64,000 nucleotides of DNA from Candidatus Altimarinota bacterium (GCA_043771825.1 JAYVGV010000037.1:14130-78129), one strand, 5' to 3'; positions 33,948 to 47,531 are shown, numbered from the stretch's first letter. A program made the numbers and translations. The notes: generated from the letters alone by a model not told the origin.

Positions 33948-34217
33948 TTATTTCTGCCAAGGTTCTTTTCCTTGGATTTCTGATATATGCTCGAAGGCTT
34001 GCATGATCAGTCTATGTGTCATATTGTGCTGGAGCTCTTCTTCATGTCGGAACTCTGCGAGGTCTCGGCGTATACTATCGAGAGAGACTTCGAAACGAGA
34101 GTTTGTTCACTCCTGCTTAGCATTAAAAGCTTCTTGCTTAGCATTCGTAGCCTCCTGCTTCTGAATAAATCCAGTAAGGAGCGAGAGTATATTATCGAGC
34201 TTTTGTTCGGTAGTCAT
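33948..34217 (-). CDS. small hypothetical coiled-coil protein (89 aa)
   Basis: ATG 34217 to TAA 33948-33950, one in-frame TGA. MTTEQKLDNILSLLTGFIQKQEATNAKQEAFNAKQEG... Lies between valS and the duplicated valS tail. Confidence 0.4.
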
Positions 34218-34283
34218 AAGTGATATTATTATGAATATGGATTCTAGTATAGCGTATTTCTTTAGGGGGGCAAATTTTTCTCC

Positions 34284-37100
34284 CTAATGTACTTCAGTAT
34301 GCCTATATTTCTCTTCGAGTTTTTTGAGTTCAGTCTCACTGATATGCATCTTCTCCATCTCTATGCGTACGACTTTCTCTGGAGCATTTGCTACGAAGGC
34401 AGTATTTTTGAGCTTTATCTGTACACTTCTTATATAGTTTTTCTTATTTTCTATTTCTTTTCCGAGTCGATCTCGCTCTTCTTCGAGTTTTTCTTTATCG
34501 AGGGAAGCATCGACATATATTTCTATACCATCAGTGATTCCATAGGCATATCCGATTCACTTGATAGATCGATCTTCGATCGTGAGAGTTGCTATACGTG
34601 CGAGGCCACTGATAAGTGGTATATTTGCTTCTAGAGAATCTCGGTAGATCGTCGGAACTATCAGGATGACGTCTCTCTGTTCACCAGGCCTGATGCCTGA
34701 TTCTGCACGCAGATTGCGGATCATGCGCACGATCCCCCATATACGTGTCATAGCAATCTCACTTTCCTTATCACTGTTGAGACTTGTTTCTGTCCAAGTA
34801 CTGGTTGCGAGGATCTTCCCACCGGTGATATGTCCATAGAGCATCTCGGTGATATGAGGAGCGTAGGGATGGAGAAGTGTCAATATATCGATGATACAGA
34901 GAGACATGACGTCTTTTCCAAGGGTACTCCGATCTTTTTCGATCTTATAAGCTTCTATGGCAAAGTCAGCGAATTCATCACGGATGAAAGATAAGAGATC
35001 TCCTCCAGAGAGAGAGAAGCTATAGTCTTCCATACCAAGGGTCATCTTCTCTATGATACCAGCAAGTCGAGAGAGTATCCATGCCTCATAGGGAAGGAGG
35101 GCTTCCTTATTTTTGGTTATTCGCTTTTCTATGACTTTTCGTTCCTCGGCGATATCTCCTACGTTCATCCAAGTGAACCTTACGATATTCCAGAATTTAT
35201 TGAGAAACAATCCATACTCAGCAACATTTTTTATAGAGAAATTCAGATTATTTCCTGGGGTATTTCCGAGTACGAGAGAGAGACGAAGTGCATCGACAGA
35301 ATATTCATCGATGATCGTGAGGGGATCGATGATCGCCCCAGAACTTTTACTCATCTTTTTGCCATCTTCATTGAGTACGAGTCCATGGAGATAGATCGTC
35401 TTAAATGGAGTCTCTCCCGTATATTCATATCCCATGAGGAGCATACGTATGACCCAGAAGAAGAGAATGTCATATCCTGTTTCGAGGACATCTGCTGGGT
35501 AATATTTCTCGAAGAATTCTCCTGGATTCTCTATTGTATAATCGAGCACAGAAAATGGCCAGAGAGCACTAGAGAACCATGTATCGAGTACGTCGTCATC
35601 CCTCTTTAGGAAAACTTCTGAAAAGCTCGTCTCTCGAATTCTATTTTCCGTTTCTTCATTCGGCGTATTTGGAGATACGCCCGATTCAGATACTCAAACC
35701 TGATCCGACGTACTTCGCTTTTGAGAGGTTTTCCATATTTTTAGAAGCTCAGCATTCGGATTTATGCTATATTTTTTACATTGTGTGAGATATATATCAG
35801 TAGGATCTCTCGTCACTCCGAGAAGTTCACGAGTCTTCGTGTCATAGTATGCTGGTATCTGGTGTCCCCACCAGAGCTGACGAGATATACACCAGTCACG
35901 AAGATTATAGATCCAATCTTCGAATGTCTTCTCGAAGCGAGAGGGGACGATCTCGAATTCATCATTTTCATAGCCTTTGATGACTTTCTCTGCGAGCATA
36001 CTTGCCCGTACAAACCACTGTGTCGATACCACAGATTCGATACGACACTTACTTCGTTCGCAGAATCCGACCTTATGTTTATAGGGTTCTATGCGTACGA
36101 GATTCCCCTTAGATCGTAGGAGTTCTACGATATTTTCTCGTGCATCTGTATCTGCTTTTTGTCCAGCGAAGGTCCCTGCCTCTTTGTTCATATAGCCATT
36201 TCTATCGATGACAGTATAGTTTCTTTTGAGATTATGTCGCTTTGCTGTCTCGAAATCAGTAGGATCATGTGCTGGAGTGATCTTCACGACCCCAGTACCG
36301 AACTCTATATCTACCATCTCATCAGCGATGATAGGGATTTCTTTATTCACTATAGGGAGTATGACAGATCGCCCTATGAGTTTTTTGTATCTCTTATCCT
36401 TTGGGTGTACTGCGACTGCTTGATCTGCGAGGAGTGTCTCAGGGCGTGTCGTCGCTATGAGGAGCTCCTTATCACTTCCAGATACGAAATAGTTCACATA
36501 GTACATCTTCTCTTCTACTTCTATATGCTCTACTTCTATATCTGAGATCACAGACTCAAGTGCAGGAGAGTAGTTCACCATATACTCACCACGGTATATG
36601 AGTCATTTATTATAGAGATCGACGAAAATATTCTCGACGAGAATATTCGAACTTTCATCAAAAGTATATCTTTCTCTCGACCAGTCCACACTTGATCACA
36701 TTTTTCGCATCTGATTCTGGATATTTCCTCCATATTCACTGACCCAATCTTCACACTCTTTCATGAATGCTACTCTTCCTATTTCTTTTCGAGACTTTCC
36801 TTTTTTCGCGATACGAGCTTCTACTTTTGCTTGAGTAGATATACCAGCATGATCTGTCCCTGGTACCCAGAGAGTCGTATCTCACTTCATCCTATGGTAT
36901 CGTATCATGATATCTTGGAGTGTGAGCATGAGTGCATGTCCAATATGGAGATTTCCTGTCACATTAGGAGGAGGTATCGGAATATAAAATGTCTTCCCCG
37001 TACGGCCTAGAGAGGGTACAGCGATATTATTTTTTTCCCAAAGATCTTGCATCTGTCATTCACAGGATTTCGGATCATATTGTTTTGAAAATTCTGACAT
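34284..37100 (-). CDS. valS: valine--tRNA ligase
   Basis: Track ORFs 37056..37304 (from internal M at 37100), 35694..36581 and 34557..35549 share a frame and are joined by TGAs. Motifs: [36 protein letters not shown]-terminal coiled coil. TAG at 34284-34286. 938 aa. Confidence 0.95.
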
Positions 37101-37281
37101 AGAGGTTTGATGAGAAAAATAATGGAATGATACGTGATATATACTGATTTTAAAAACTCCTCCCGAATAGCGAGAGGAGTGTGCTTTCATGACGATAGCG
37201 ACTATCTCTCGGTATTTAGAGACTCTGCACCACGATCGATGATAAGAACATATAATACATGAAGTAAGTATATATATATTC

Positions 37282-38724
37282 TTACTTTTGCAAAGGTTTT
37301 TCACGAAAAGCCCGTATCAGTACGACTCAGATTGTTTTGATAAGAATAAGAAGATCAAGCAATATAGAATAATTTTCTATATAGTATACATCATATCCTA
37401 CTTCTTCCTCAAAGCTATTTTGATCTCTTCCTGAGACTTGAGCCATACCAGTGATACCAGGCTTTACAGTGAGCACCTGATAGTGATGCTCACTGTAAAG
37501 ATCTACTTCTCTTGGTTGGTGCGGTCTTGGTCCTACGAGAGACATATTTCCTATGAGGACATTCCAGAGCTGAGGAAGCTCATCGAGAGATAGTTTTTCT
37601 ATGATTTTTCCTATACGAGTCTTTCGAGGATCGTTAGCTATCTTATAGAGTGGACCATTTCTCATATCTGCTTTTTGTTTGAGTTGTTCTTCGAATTTGA
37701 GGGCAGAGTCAGATGCTCATTCTATACCGTAAGCATCTTTGATACAGTACTTCCAGTACATATATCGGAACTTATATAAGAAAAATTCTTTCCCAGAAAG
37801 TCCAATCCTACGATTTTTATAGATTGCAGGTCACTCTCTATCTTCCAGTTTTATAAGTATCATGATACCCAGAAAAAGAGGGGAGAAGACTACAAGAAAT
37901 ACTCAGGATAGTATTATATCTACTATCCTTTTTGTGATACGATCCCATGGACTCATAGCAAGTGCAGAGGTTTCTACGACGGGTATTCATCAGATGAAAC
38001 TCTCAGATCTACTGATATTATATACATATTGGGGTATGCGAGGATAAGAAAATCGTATGCCATATATGGAACATATTTTGATGATCTCATAGGATTGATG
38101 CTCATTCATATGAGCGAGTGAGAGTACGATATCTATACTTCCTGAACGGATAATATCGTGGATACTATCTTGATTTTTTACATTTTCATAGATGTAGATC
38201 GATGAAGATTGATTCTCGAGAGGGTATTTCTCTGTATTCTCTCATTGGATTATCAGGATATGATTCTTAGAGATATACTTATATTTATACAGTATACTCA
38301 TAAGAGTATGTATGAATATACGGAGAAATATCGCATAGAGAGATGCGAGTATCCATACATAGCCTATGATGAGTCGAGGAATTTCTTTTTCGAAGATAAA
38401 CCCCGTACTTAAATACACAAAAGCTATATAGAATAAAAACCATACAGCACTTCTATATATCACATCACGTATCGTCTCGAGAAGAGGGCGATCTCACTCG
38501 TATCGATAGAGTCCTACTCTCATGAATATCATCCACCAAAAAAAAGCTCAAGAAACAATAAATGGAAAAAATTGATCCTGATTGATATAGGGTATTGGGA
38601 GTTGTATAAAGGGTATGCCATCAGTAATTTGACGAAGATAGAATGCTATGAAATATATGGCGATAATCCCACTAATTTCGAAAAATGGAAGAGAGAAGGA
38701 TGTGATGATCTCATGACGTTTCAT
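37282..38724 (-). CDS. polyprenyl-phosphate glycosyl-1-phosphate transferase (WbaP/bacterial sugar transferase family)
   Basis: ATG 38724 to TAA 37282-37284 (480 aa), includes track ORF 37327..37665. Four or five N-terminal TM helices. C-terminal domain: RITKRIVDIILSGVFLVVFSPLFLGIMILIKLEDREGPAIYKNRRIG, DELPQLWNVLIGNMSLVGPRP, KPGITGMAQVSGR. Confidence 0.88.
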
Positions 38725-38798
38725 ATTTTTTGATTACCAAAATTACTTTCCCGTATAATTACCCCTTTCTTCTTGAAAAAGAAGGTCCATTCCATAGA

Positions 38799-39341
38799 AT
38801 GATATTCTATAAATTTATTCTTATGGTGTTTTCTTCTCCTATAGTTCTTATTTTTCTTGTACTCTTCTCCATCTATTGTGTACTTTATATATCATTTTAT
38901 ATATTTTTTCTTCTACGAGTCAAGCAAGAGGAGCGCACAATTCTCGATATATTTCTCCATAAAATCTCGAAAGTCCCTGCCCTTATAGAGGTTATGCGAC
39001 CATTTATTGCAAAGAAAGAAGCATTCGATCCTCTGATAGAAGTCCATACTGAGACTATGATATCATCTACGGATTCACTCTATGATGTCCTTTCTCATAA
39101 TGCTCGACTGCAAAATGAATTTCTCTTTCTTATGAAGCTTTCTATGTATGCACCAGATCTTCAAAAACATGAATATTTTCTCTATATTCGAGATTTTATC
39201 ATAGAATATGAGCGTACCATGAGGGCAAGATTTGCCCATATGAATCAAGCCATAGCTGATTGGAATAGATTTGTCCACATAAAAAATATGACGGGTATAG
39301 GATATCTCCTTCCTGGAAGTGATCATTCGGAAGTACGCTAA
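38799..39341 (+). CDS. LemA-like membrane protein (tentative)
   Basis: Track ORF 38730..39341 starts at TTG; the first ATG is 38799 (MIFYKFILMVFSSPIVLIFLV, TM). The C-terminus RARFAHMNQAIADWNRFVHIKNMTGIGYLLPG resembles the LemA YN..V..YN motif. TATAAT at 38752-38757. Confidence 0.5.
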   Translation: MIFYKFILMVFSSPIVLIFLVLFSIYCVLYISFYIFFLLRVKQEERTILDIFLHKISKVPALIEVMRPFIAKKEAFDPLIEVHTETMISSTDSLYDVLSHNARLQNEFLFLMKLSMYAPDLQKHEYFLYIRDFIIEYERTMRARFAHMNQAIADWNRFVHIKNMTGIGYLLPGSDHSEVR

Positions 39342-39348
39342 ATAGAGA

Positions 39349-40116
39349 CTATCGATGATTTTTTTGCTCTCTTGCTATGAGTATCCCTCCTCAGAGAATG
39401 ATCATAGGAATACTATAGAGCATACCCAGAGTGATCCAATCTGTACTGAAGAGATATCATATACTTTCATCAGGAAGGCGGAAATTCTCAGCCAATATTC
39501 GAAGAAATGCATAGATTATAAGGAAGAATGCACTTGCATATCCAGGTATCTTCCCATTATTTTTCTCATATAGTCTATATATTTGCATGATTGTAAGGAG
39601 GACTATCCCTTCGAGAAAAGCTTGAAAGAGTGGACTCGGGAAATGTGCAACCCCATTTTTTATCATAGGTAAAGGTCCATTATAGGGGCTATATCCGAGA
39701 AGTTCGCTATTGAGATAGTTGCCGATTCTTCAGAGTCAGAGGGCCAAGGGGAGTATAGAAACGAGAGTATCTGAGAGATCATAGAGTCTATATTTGTACT
39801 TATGGGCGAAGAGTATGAGTGCTCCGATCACCCCGAGGGCTCCACCATGGAAGCTCATGCCACCCTTCCAAATCATGAATATCTCAAGAGGATGATCTAA
39901 GAAATATTCAGCCTGATACAAAAGTATATATCCGATACGTCAGCCAACAATAACTCCGATAAATATAAAAAGAAGGAAGTCATCGAGGTGTTTTTTCTCG
40001 AGAGAGCCATACTTTTTGACATAAATATAGCAGGCAAAGAACCCCAGTGCATACATAAATCCATACCAAGTGGCTGCTATATGCAGACCAAAAATTGTGA
40101 ATTCAAATAGCATCAT
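39349..40116 (-). CDS. lgt: prolipoprotein diacylglyceryl transferase
   Basis: Track ORFs 39940..40137, 39736..39921 and 39457..39666 are in one frame joined by TGAs that give G in GRIGYILLY and LGRIGNYLNSELLG. WKGGMSFHGGALG present. ATG 40116, TAG 39349-39351. Confidence 0.9.
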
Positions 40117-40239
40117 CTGTGCAAAAAAGTTATACAATAAAATAGATTTTTGTTTATGGAAGAGTTTTTTTCGTGCTTTCTTTTACCTTTCTCCTATACT
40201 ACGATTTAGTATTTATCAGGATTATCCTATCTATTTTTT

Positions 40240-41589
40240 ATGAATCGTAAACTTATATTTGCGATCATGCTTATCGTTCTTATGGGTGCAGGTATTTTTA
40301 ATACCTTCTGAGTAGGGAAATTTTTTCGTCTCCGAGGAGATTTTATACCGAGTCTCTCCTGGTCTTGAGGATATCCTGGGAGAGTATTATTTGATATTGC
40401 GACTGGAGCAACAAATAGTGGATTTGCTCCAGGGATTGATCTAGATGGTTATCTTTCGGGTTCATTCTGGCTTGGGAATGTCGGGTGGACTACCTTTAAT
40501 CATAGTACTACAGGTGTCGCTCAAGCACGAGTCCTCTGTGCGAATATCGTATTTAATGACCCAAATATTACCTGTCCTGTCGATGGATTTGCTTGGAGTC
40601 GAAATAGCGGATGGATCGCCCTATCAGGATCATTCATCGATGGAGGATCCTGAGTATACTATAATCCTGCAGCATGACGTATACAATGATTCGGGCATAG
40701 TACAGCACTCTGATGGATACCTTTCTATGCTGATACGACCACGCCAGTGACTACGACGACTCAAACGTGAGTCCTCCTTAATGGTATGGGGCTTAACTTC
40801 ATCTGAAAGATCGCTATAATAGGGAATATAGCAGGTACACGAATATTTAATGTCACGAATCAGCAGGTATGATATGTATTCACGACGATCAACCATGCAG
40901 ATATGCTCAATATTATCCGAAAAAATATCGCACTCATATCGCGAAATGCGAATCCTACAGAACTCGCAGATCCTTTTAGTACGAAGTTTAATTTTCTTCT
41001 TCAAAAAGGCTCTGACTATGATACGAGTATCCCATGATGGACTTGGCCGACTTCCAAAAAATCGATCATCATCATCGGATGAGATGTCATACTCGATCAA
41101 TCTCAAATCTGACTTATTAATACAAATAAAGCCCTCATAGTTCTCAAAGATGAGAGCGGAAGCTGAGGAAATATCATCATACGAGAAGGAGTGGGTCGTA
41201 TATATGCATTTATCTATGCTGAAGGTTCTATATATTCCTGAGATAAGACGGCTACATGACTCATAGTACCTTATGTGGCGAAGTGAGTATGGAATATACC
41301 AGGAAATCAGCTCTATATCAAGGGGGCTATCATCTCAAAAAATACTATCTGAGGATCACTCCAGTCCCCACCTACTTGTCCTGTAGTGATAGCGAACTGT
41401 GATGCACTCAATTCGCAAATCTATGATGTGAACTATTTTCGTACCTATGACTCTACAGATCTCACTCAGAGGAATATCCCCAGTATGTACTATAATGATC
41501 TACGCTTTTCTGCTGCATCTACCGTCATTGAATACAATCAATCTCTCGCGACGGATCCACCTCCAGGGATATCATCAATATTCCAATAA
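40240..41589 (+). CDS. 449-aa secreted GW-motif protein, partner of fibre protein 2
   Basis: ATG 40240 to TAA 41587-41589, read line by line (about 25 TGAs, no TAA/TAG). Shares these with 24713..26062: GWIAL, LGWIPF, FIGK[VI].I.G.I.G..[TI]FNV, IRKNI, GGNI.I, PGNQLYIKGAI, NTIGGS, and the C-terminus VIEYNQSLATDPPPGISSIFQ. Confidence 0.75.
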
Positions 41590-41610
41590 ACTTCTCTAAC
41601 CTTTCTTCCC

Positions 41611-44600
41611 ATGTCTCTTCGTTTTACTGTAGCTCTCTCCCTTCTCTTCTTCTCGTACGCTACGATATCAGTACATGCTCTTGCATATCCTACGACTACA
41701 CCATCTGGAGAAACCACAGGAGGTACATATCGTACGTACTTTGATAATATTTTCCAAGATCTTTGAAGTGACTGTAATCTCAGTGGAAGAGTGATCGGAG
41801 GATTTGATTCTGTATGAGTACCGATATGTGTCACACCAGTTTCTTCAGGATTATTCCTCTCGGGCCAGACGAGTGGTGATACGATTAGATTCGATGGGAC
41901 GCTCTGGGTAAGAAATAATCTTCTCTATAACAATGGTACAGCTATAGGCATAGGTACGACGAGCCCTGCGTATATACTCGATGTTGGTGGAACAGCGAAC
42001 TTCATAGGATTGCGTATGCCGACGGGTGCTGGATCAGGAAGGGTGCTCACTTCGAATGCTGCTGGAACTATGTACTGGGCAAGCTCCATATCTGGTGCCA
42101 CAGCATCGGGTATCACAGGGGGGACACAGAGCTATATACCAAAATTTGGAATCTGATGAAATGGACTTATCCTCTCTCAATTTTTCGATAATGGCACAAA
42201 TATCGGTATTGGTACAACTATACCAACAGCGAAGGTAGATATATCGACTGTAGGAACGGCACCATTCCAGATACGAAGTGGAAATGGAAGTGCATCTTAT
42301 GTGAATAATCAAATACTCTTCTGATGGAATGGGAGTGATGGATATAGACATGCTATCAAGACTCGACACAATGGAGGAGGACTTTCTGATAATGCTATAG
42401 ATTTTTATGTATGGGATCAATCAACAGATGTTTCTACTACTATAGGAACTCGAAGGGTGATGACTCTCGAAGGTGCGAATGGTGGGTCAGTCGGTATAGG
42501 TACCCCTACAATTTCTTCTTGAGCAAGACTCGAAGTGGCAGGGCAGATAAAAATCACAGGAGGCGATTTCTGATCATGAAAAGTACTCACGAGTGATGCC
42601 AGTGGTCTTGCCGCGTGGCAACTGCCAGGAGCAGCATCGAGTGTCAGTGCAACAGGTATTACTGGCGGCTCAGGCTACTATATTCCATTTTTTTGATCCT
42701 GATGAAATGGGCTTTACTCGTCATTCATGTATTTTACATGATGAAAACTAGGGATCAATACTACAAGTCCGACATATATGTTCGATGTACAATGAGATAA
42801 TAGCATTATCCGTGCTTGAAGTGGTTTTTGTCTGGGTATGACAGCATCAGGATGTATCACGAATTGGTCAGATCTGAATAATATGGTGAGAAGTAGTGGT
42901 ACTCCGAATTATATAGCAAAATTTGATACGGGATGACTTATCGGTAATTCGCAATTATATGAAACTGGAGGTAATCTTTATATATGAGATATTCCAGCAA
43001 TTCTTTGAGGAGCAGCTACGATATGATATGTTACTATAGAAGCAAATGGAAGTACAAATTCATCGAATCCATTTCTTACACTTTCTGAAATGTGATGACA
43101 AGAATGTCGTATGTGGATTACTTGAGCGAATAAACTCGGATCAAACTGTAGCTGGAATGCCGGAGGTGGTACATATCAGCCAAATCAAGTCATAAAAGCT
43201 GATACAGCAGGAAGCTCATTGACAGGTACGAATATGTATAATGTAGGACAGTTTGTCGGAATTTGAACTAATAATCCTACTACAACATTGACAATAGACT
43301 CTGGAGTTGATGATGATTCTGGGCTGAGGTTTTCCCGTGTTGATACATCCACACCACTTATCTCAAATGGTGTACTCGCTCTTTGAGTGAATGCTTCAGG
43401 GAAAGTAATACCGATCAGTCCTATTAGTAATATCGCAGTATACAATGGTGTCGATAGAGTAACTGTAATGAGTCCAAATCCTGATCTTAGTACATTTAAC
43501 ATTACCTATGATTTTAATCGGTTTTTTGCTATTCCAGGAAAACAATCATTCGTCGTAAGTAGTGGAGATTCTTCCTCGTATAATGGTCCATATTTTAAAG
43601 AAAACGGTACGAGTGCACTTTGTTCTGTCAATGGTACTTATGGTACAAGTCCATATGATTGTGCTGATCCTGATCCAGCTACAGGTATTTCTGCAAGTCC
43701 ATTTAATTCTTTTACTATGACAGCAAAGGGTGATACATTTGGATATCAGATCGCGCTTGGGGCACGCTGAGATGCTCCGCTTTTTGCTCGAAGTGGTCGA
43801 TATAATGGCTCACAAACAGGCTGACTCTATACCAATGACTCACCTTACCAGACTCCAGCACCATGGCAGAAAGTCCTCTCGCTTCCAGCGCATCATCCTG
43901 AGTATCTCTATATCAATACAGGACTGAGTTCTCAGCTCCAATCTCAAACATGATGATGAAATGTCGGTATCGGTACGACTACACCACAGAGTCGATTCGA
44001 AGTATGGACTGGTTCTACTACGACAGCACTCATACATTTTCGTGGAGTGAATAATGTCGGTATGGGTCTTGGAGCTTCGCGTCCTCAACAGAGTGGAAAT
44101 GCGAATAGTGCATTCGGAAATGAATCATTATTCACTCTGACATCAGGATATTCCAATACTGCTATAGGATATCGTTCTCTTCGTCTTACAGCTGCTGGAT
44201 TCAATAACTCTGCAATTGGACAAGAGGCACTCTATAATAATAATGGTTGAAGCTGGAATACAGCAGTCTGATACCAAAATCTTTATTCTGTAACATCAGG
44301 AACGAGAAATATAGGACTTGGCGCACAAGCTCTCTATAACCTCAGTACATGAAATGATAATATCGCTATCGGATATCAGGCAGCTCGTGTTCTAGCTGGA
44401 AGTGCAATATCCAATAATATTGCCATATGATATCAATCTCTCTACTCTGCTACAACATCAAATCTCCTCGCTATCGGATATCAAGCCCTTTATCATAATG
44501 CATGAGGAATAGCAAATCAATGAGTAGGATATCAAGCATTGTTTTCAAATACGTCAGGAAACTACAATACGGCTGAATGATATGAAGCACTGAGTGCAAA

Positions 44601-47493
44601 TACTACAGGAGCAAACAATACGGCTATCGGATATCAGGCACTTGATACAAACTCTACTGCTAGTAATAATACTGCTATCGGATATCAGGCACTTCTCCTC
44701 AATACAGCATCATCAAATACCGCTGTATGACAACTTGCACTCAGGTCCAATATAAGCTGATGAGCGAATACAGCACTAGGATTAGAGGCTTTATATGCGA
44801 ATACTACTGGCACGAGTAATGTCGCTATAGGACTTCAGACGATGAGCTCAAACTCTACTGGCTGGGAGAATGTCGCTGTATGAAAGTGAGCTATGAGTAG
44901 TATATGATCTGCACCACAAAACAATACAGTAATAGGTACAAATGCTGGAAGATGAGGTGGGACAAGTAGCTCGAATAGCTCGAATAATGTAATTATCGGT
45001 CATACAGCTTGATATGCAATAAATGGTGGAAATAATAATGTATTTCTCGGTACCAATGCATGAAGTGGTATCACAACAGGCTCAAATAATATCGTGATAG
45101 GAAATAATGCTTCACTCGCTTCAAATACTCTCTCGAATCAGCTTTCTATCGGAAACTGGATCTATGGAAGTGGATGAAATATCGGTATCGCGACGAATGC
45201 TCCCACGACGAATCTAGATATCAATGGAACTATACGAATCAGAGGAGGAGCACCTGGTGCTGGAAAGATACTCATGTCAGATGCTGTATGACTTGCCAGC
45301 TGGCAGACGCCGACAGGTGCGGCTGCTATACCATGGGCAATCGCGGGAAATGCTGGTACTGATCCAAATAGTAACTTTGTCGGAACTACTGATAATTTTG
45401 CTCTGACGTTCCGTACAAATAATATCGAAAATATGCGACTTCTCACGAATGGCAATCTCGGTATCGGTACGAGTACTCCTGCATCTCGACTCAGTATATC
45501 ATGAGGAGGATTCTCTGTAGGATACCCTACCAATGCAGCACCGACTGATGGAGCTATAATATCTGGAAATATGGGTATCGGGATTATTTCTCCTTCAGAA
45601 AAGCTCACTGTCAATGGTACTATAGAGAATCCTGCTGATAATAGCGCTATCGTATCCGGAAATGATCGGGCACTAGGATTTATCAAAAAAAGTGGACTTA
45701 TAGCTCAAGTATCAACGAACAATGTGAATCCAATAATTTTCTCAAAACTGAGTACTGCAACTATTACTTCAGCAAATGTAGCAGGATGAACTCTTACAGA
45801 ACTCATGCGTATACAAAATAATGGTGATGTCGGTATCGGTACAGCTGCTCCATGAGCACGACTTGATGTGGCAGGACAAGTAAGAATAACTGGTGGATCT
45901 CCTGGACTTGGGAAGATCCTCGTTTCTGATGCTACGGGTCTTGCGAGTTGGGAGACTGCTGCGACTGGATCATTTGCTGGATGGTGAGTCCTCGGAAATG
46001 CAGGAACTACTGCTACGACGAACTTCCTCGGAACCACAGATAATGTCGATCTCGTAATCCGTACGAACGCTACTGAAAAAGTGCGAATCCAAGCAGGATG
46101 AAACGTCGGTATCGGTACCAATAATCCTTGAGAGAAACTTGATGTGCTCGGTAATATCCGTGCTGGAACTGCTACTCCAAACACCATGATGGGAACACAT
46201 CCATCGTATGGAAATACCTATTCAGCTTGGTGGAAGTCTGGACTTGACTATTCTCTTCTGACGGATGCTACTCATACGTATCTCAATGCTCCACAAGCAA
46301 CATGAAATATCCATTTCCGTACAGCAAATACAGATAAGATGTTCCTGCGTGGAAGTGATGGGAATGTCGGTATCGGTAATACAGCTCCATGAGCAAGACT
46401 CGAAGTCACATGACAAGTGAAGATCACTGGTGGTGTTCCAGGGGCTGGGAAAGTCCTCACTTCCGATGCTACGGGTCTCGCGACTTGGGTACTTCCGACA
46501 CTGAGCTTCACAGGTGGTACGACGAACTATCTCACAAGATGGACATCAGCGAGTACTCTCGGTATAGGAGTGACATTTGATAATGGTACAAATGTCTGAA
46601 TTAATACTACTTCACCTGCGTCTAGACTCGATGTCAATGGTAATCTCGCAGTACGATGAGATGCAGGAGGGTCTATCTATACATGGAATGGGTGAGACAC
46701 AAGTTGGAGATGGGGAACCTCCAACGTTCCATGATATGCTCGATTTATCGCAACAGGGTACAATCAATTTGCAATTTTTGGTGCTGCAACAGGAAACGGA
46801 TTCTCAGTATGAGATGCGAGTACAGGGCTTTCCGCATTTGAAGTGACGAGTTCTTCAAATGCATATAAATCATACTTTAGATGAAATGTCGGTATCTGAG
46901 TTGATCCGACGCAGTCTCTCGATGTGACTGGGCAGATACGTATACGAGGAGGCTCTCCATGAGCTGGGAAGTATCTCGCTTCTGATGCGAGTGGAGTAGG
47001 GACATGGACGACGCCAGCAGGAAGCCAGACGGGTACGTATATCTATCGTATGGCGACACCACAAAGCTCTACCAATACGACTCTTGCATGAGTGACACAG
47101 CTTACCAGTACGCCACTCCCAGTATGACCATATCAATTCGAAGTGCTAGGAAGATTCCAGTCAGCTGCAGCGAATACTGGTCTTGGTCTTACTCTTGCTC
47201 AGACAAGTGGTGCAAGTACAAATTTCATGGGAACTATGAGTGCACAGCTGACAAATTCTACGATGTATAGCGAATCATTTATGGTCCAATGAACTGCAGT
47301 GACGACTACAGGTGTTCCTCTAGCAAATACAGATTACATAGTGATGATGAGAGGATCATTTGATATCACGGCTACTGGTACAGTAGCGGTACGGATGGCT
47401 ACAGAAAATAATGGTACTCAGGTCATCCTCGGTGTGTGAACTGCACTCATCATCAAGTCACTTGATCCAAATATAGCAGGAGGAGGTATATAA
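41611..47493 (+). CDS. giant modular tail-fibre-like surface protein 2 (1960 aa), no S74 domain
   Basis: ATG 41611, 21 nt after the partner gene. I read every line to TAA 47491-47493 and found no TAA/TAG but many TGAs, including TGATGATGA at 43951-43959. The N-terminus is paralogous to fibre 1 (AYPTTTPSGETTGGTYRTYFDNIF vs SYPSTGPAGSYSGGSFGTYLQNLI). Recurrent N[VI]GIGT..P...L[DE]V.G...I and GG.PG.GK.L.SDA.G.A.W junctions. Distinct beta-rich C-terminal domain. Confidence 0.85.
44090..45130 (+). repeat. degenerate coding repeats (NTAIGYQAL type) in fibre gene 2
   Basis: Series of SGYSNTAIGYRSL, FNNSAIGQEAL, NDNIAIGYQAA, SNNIAIGYQSL, ANNTAIGYQAL... units, many with TGA-encoded Gly. Related to, but more diverged than, the NTANG arrays of fibre 1. 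Confidence 0.7.
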
Positions 47494-47504
47494 AAGATTC
47501 TCGA

Positions 47505-47531
47505 TAAAAAAGCCTCATTGGGGCTTTTTTA
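47505..47531. terminator. bidirectional terminator between convergent fibre-2 and ABC-F genes
   Basis: AAAAAAGCCTC-ATT-GGGGCTTTTTT hairpin with A- and T-runs, between the stops at 47493 and 47542. Confidence 0.6.

Noticed and set aside
43951-43959. TGATGATGA triple stop inside fibre gene 2 as a real gene boundary.
   Set aside because: The frame continues directly into a canonical module start (GGG-NVGIGTTTPQSRFEV). There is no start codon, RBS or intergenic signature. Under table 25 it simply encodes Gly-Gly-Gly.
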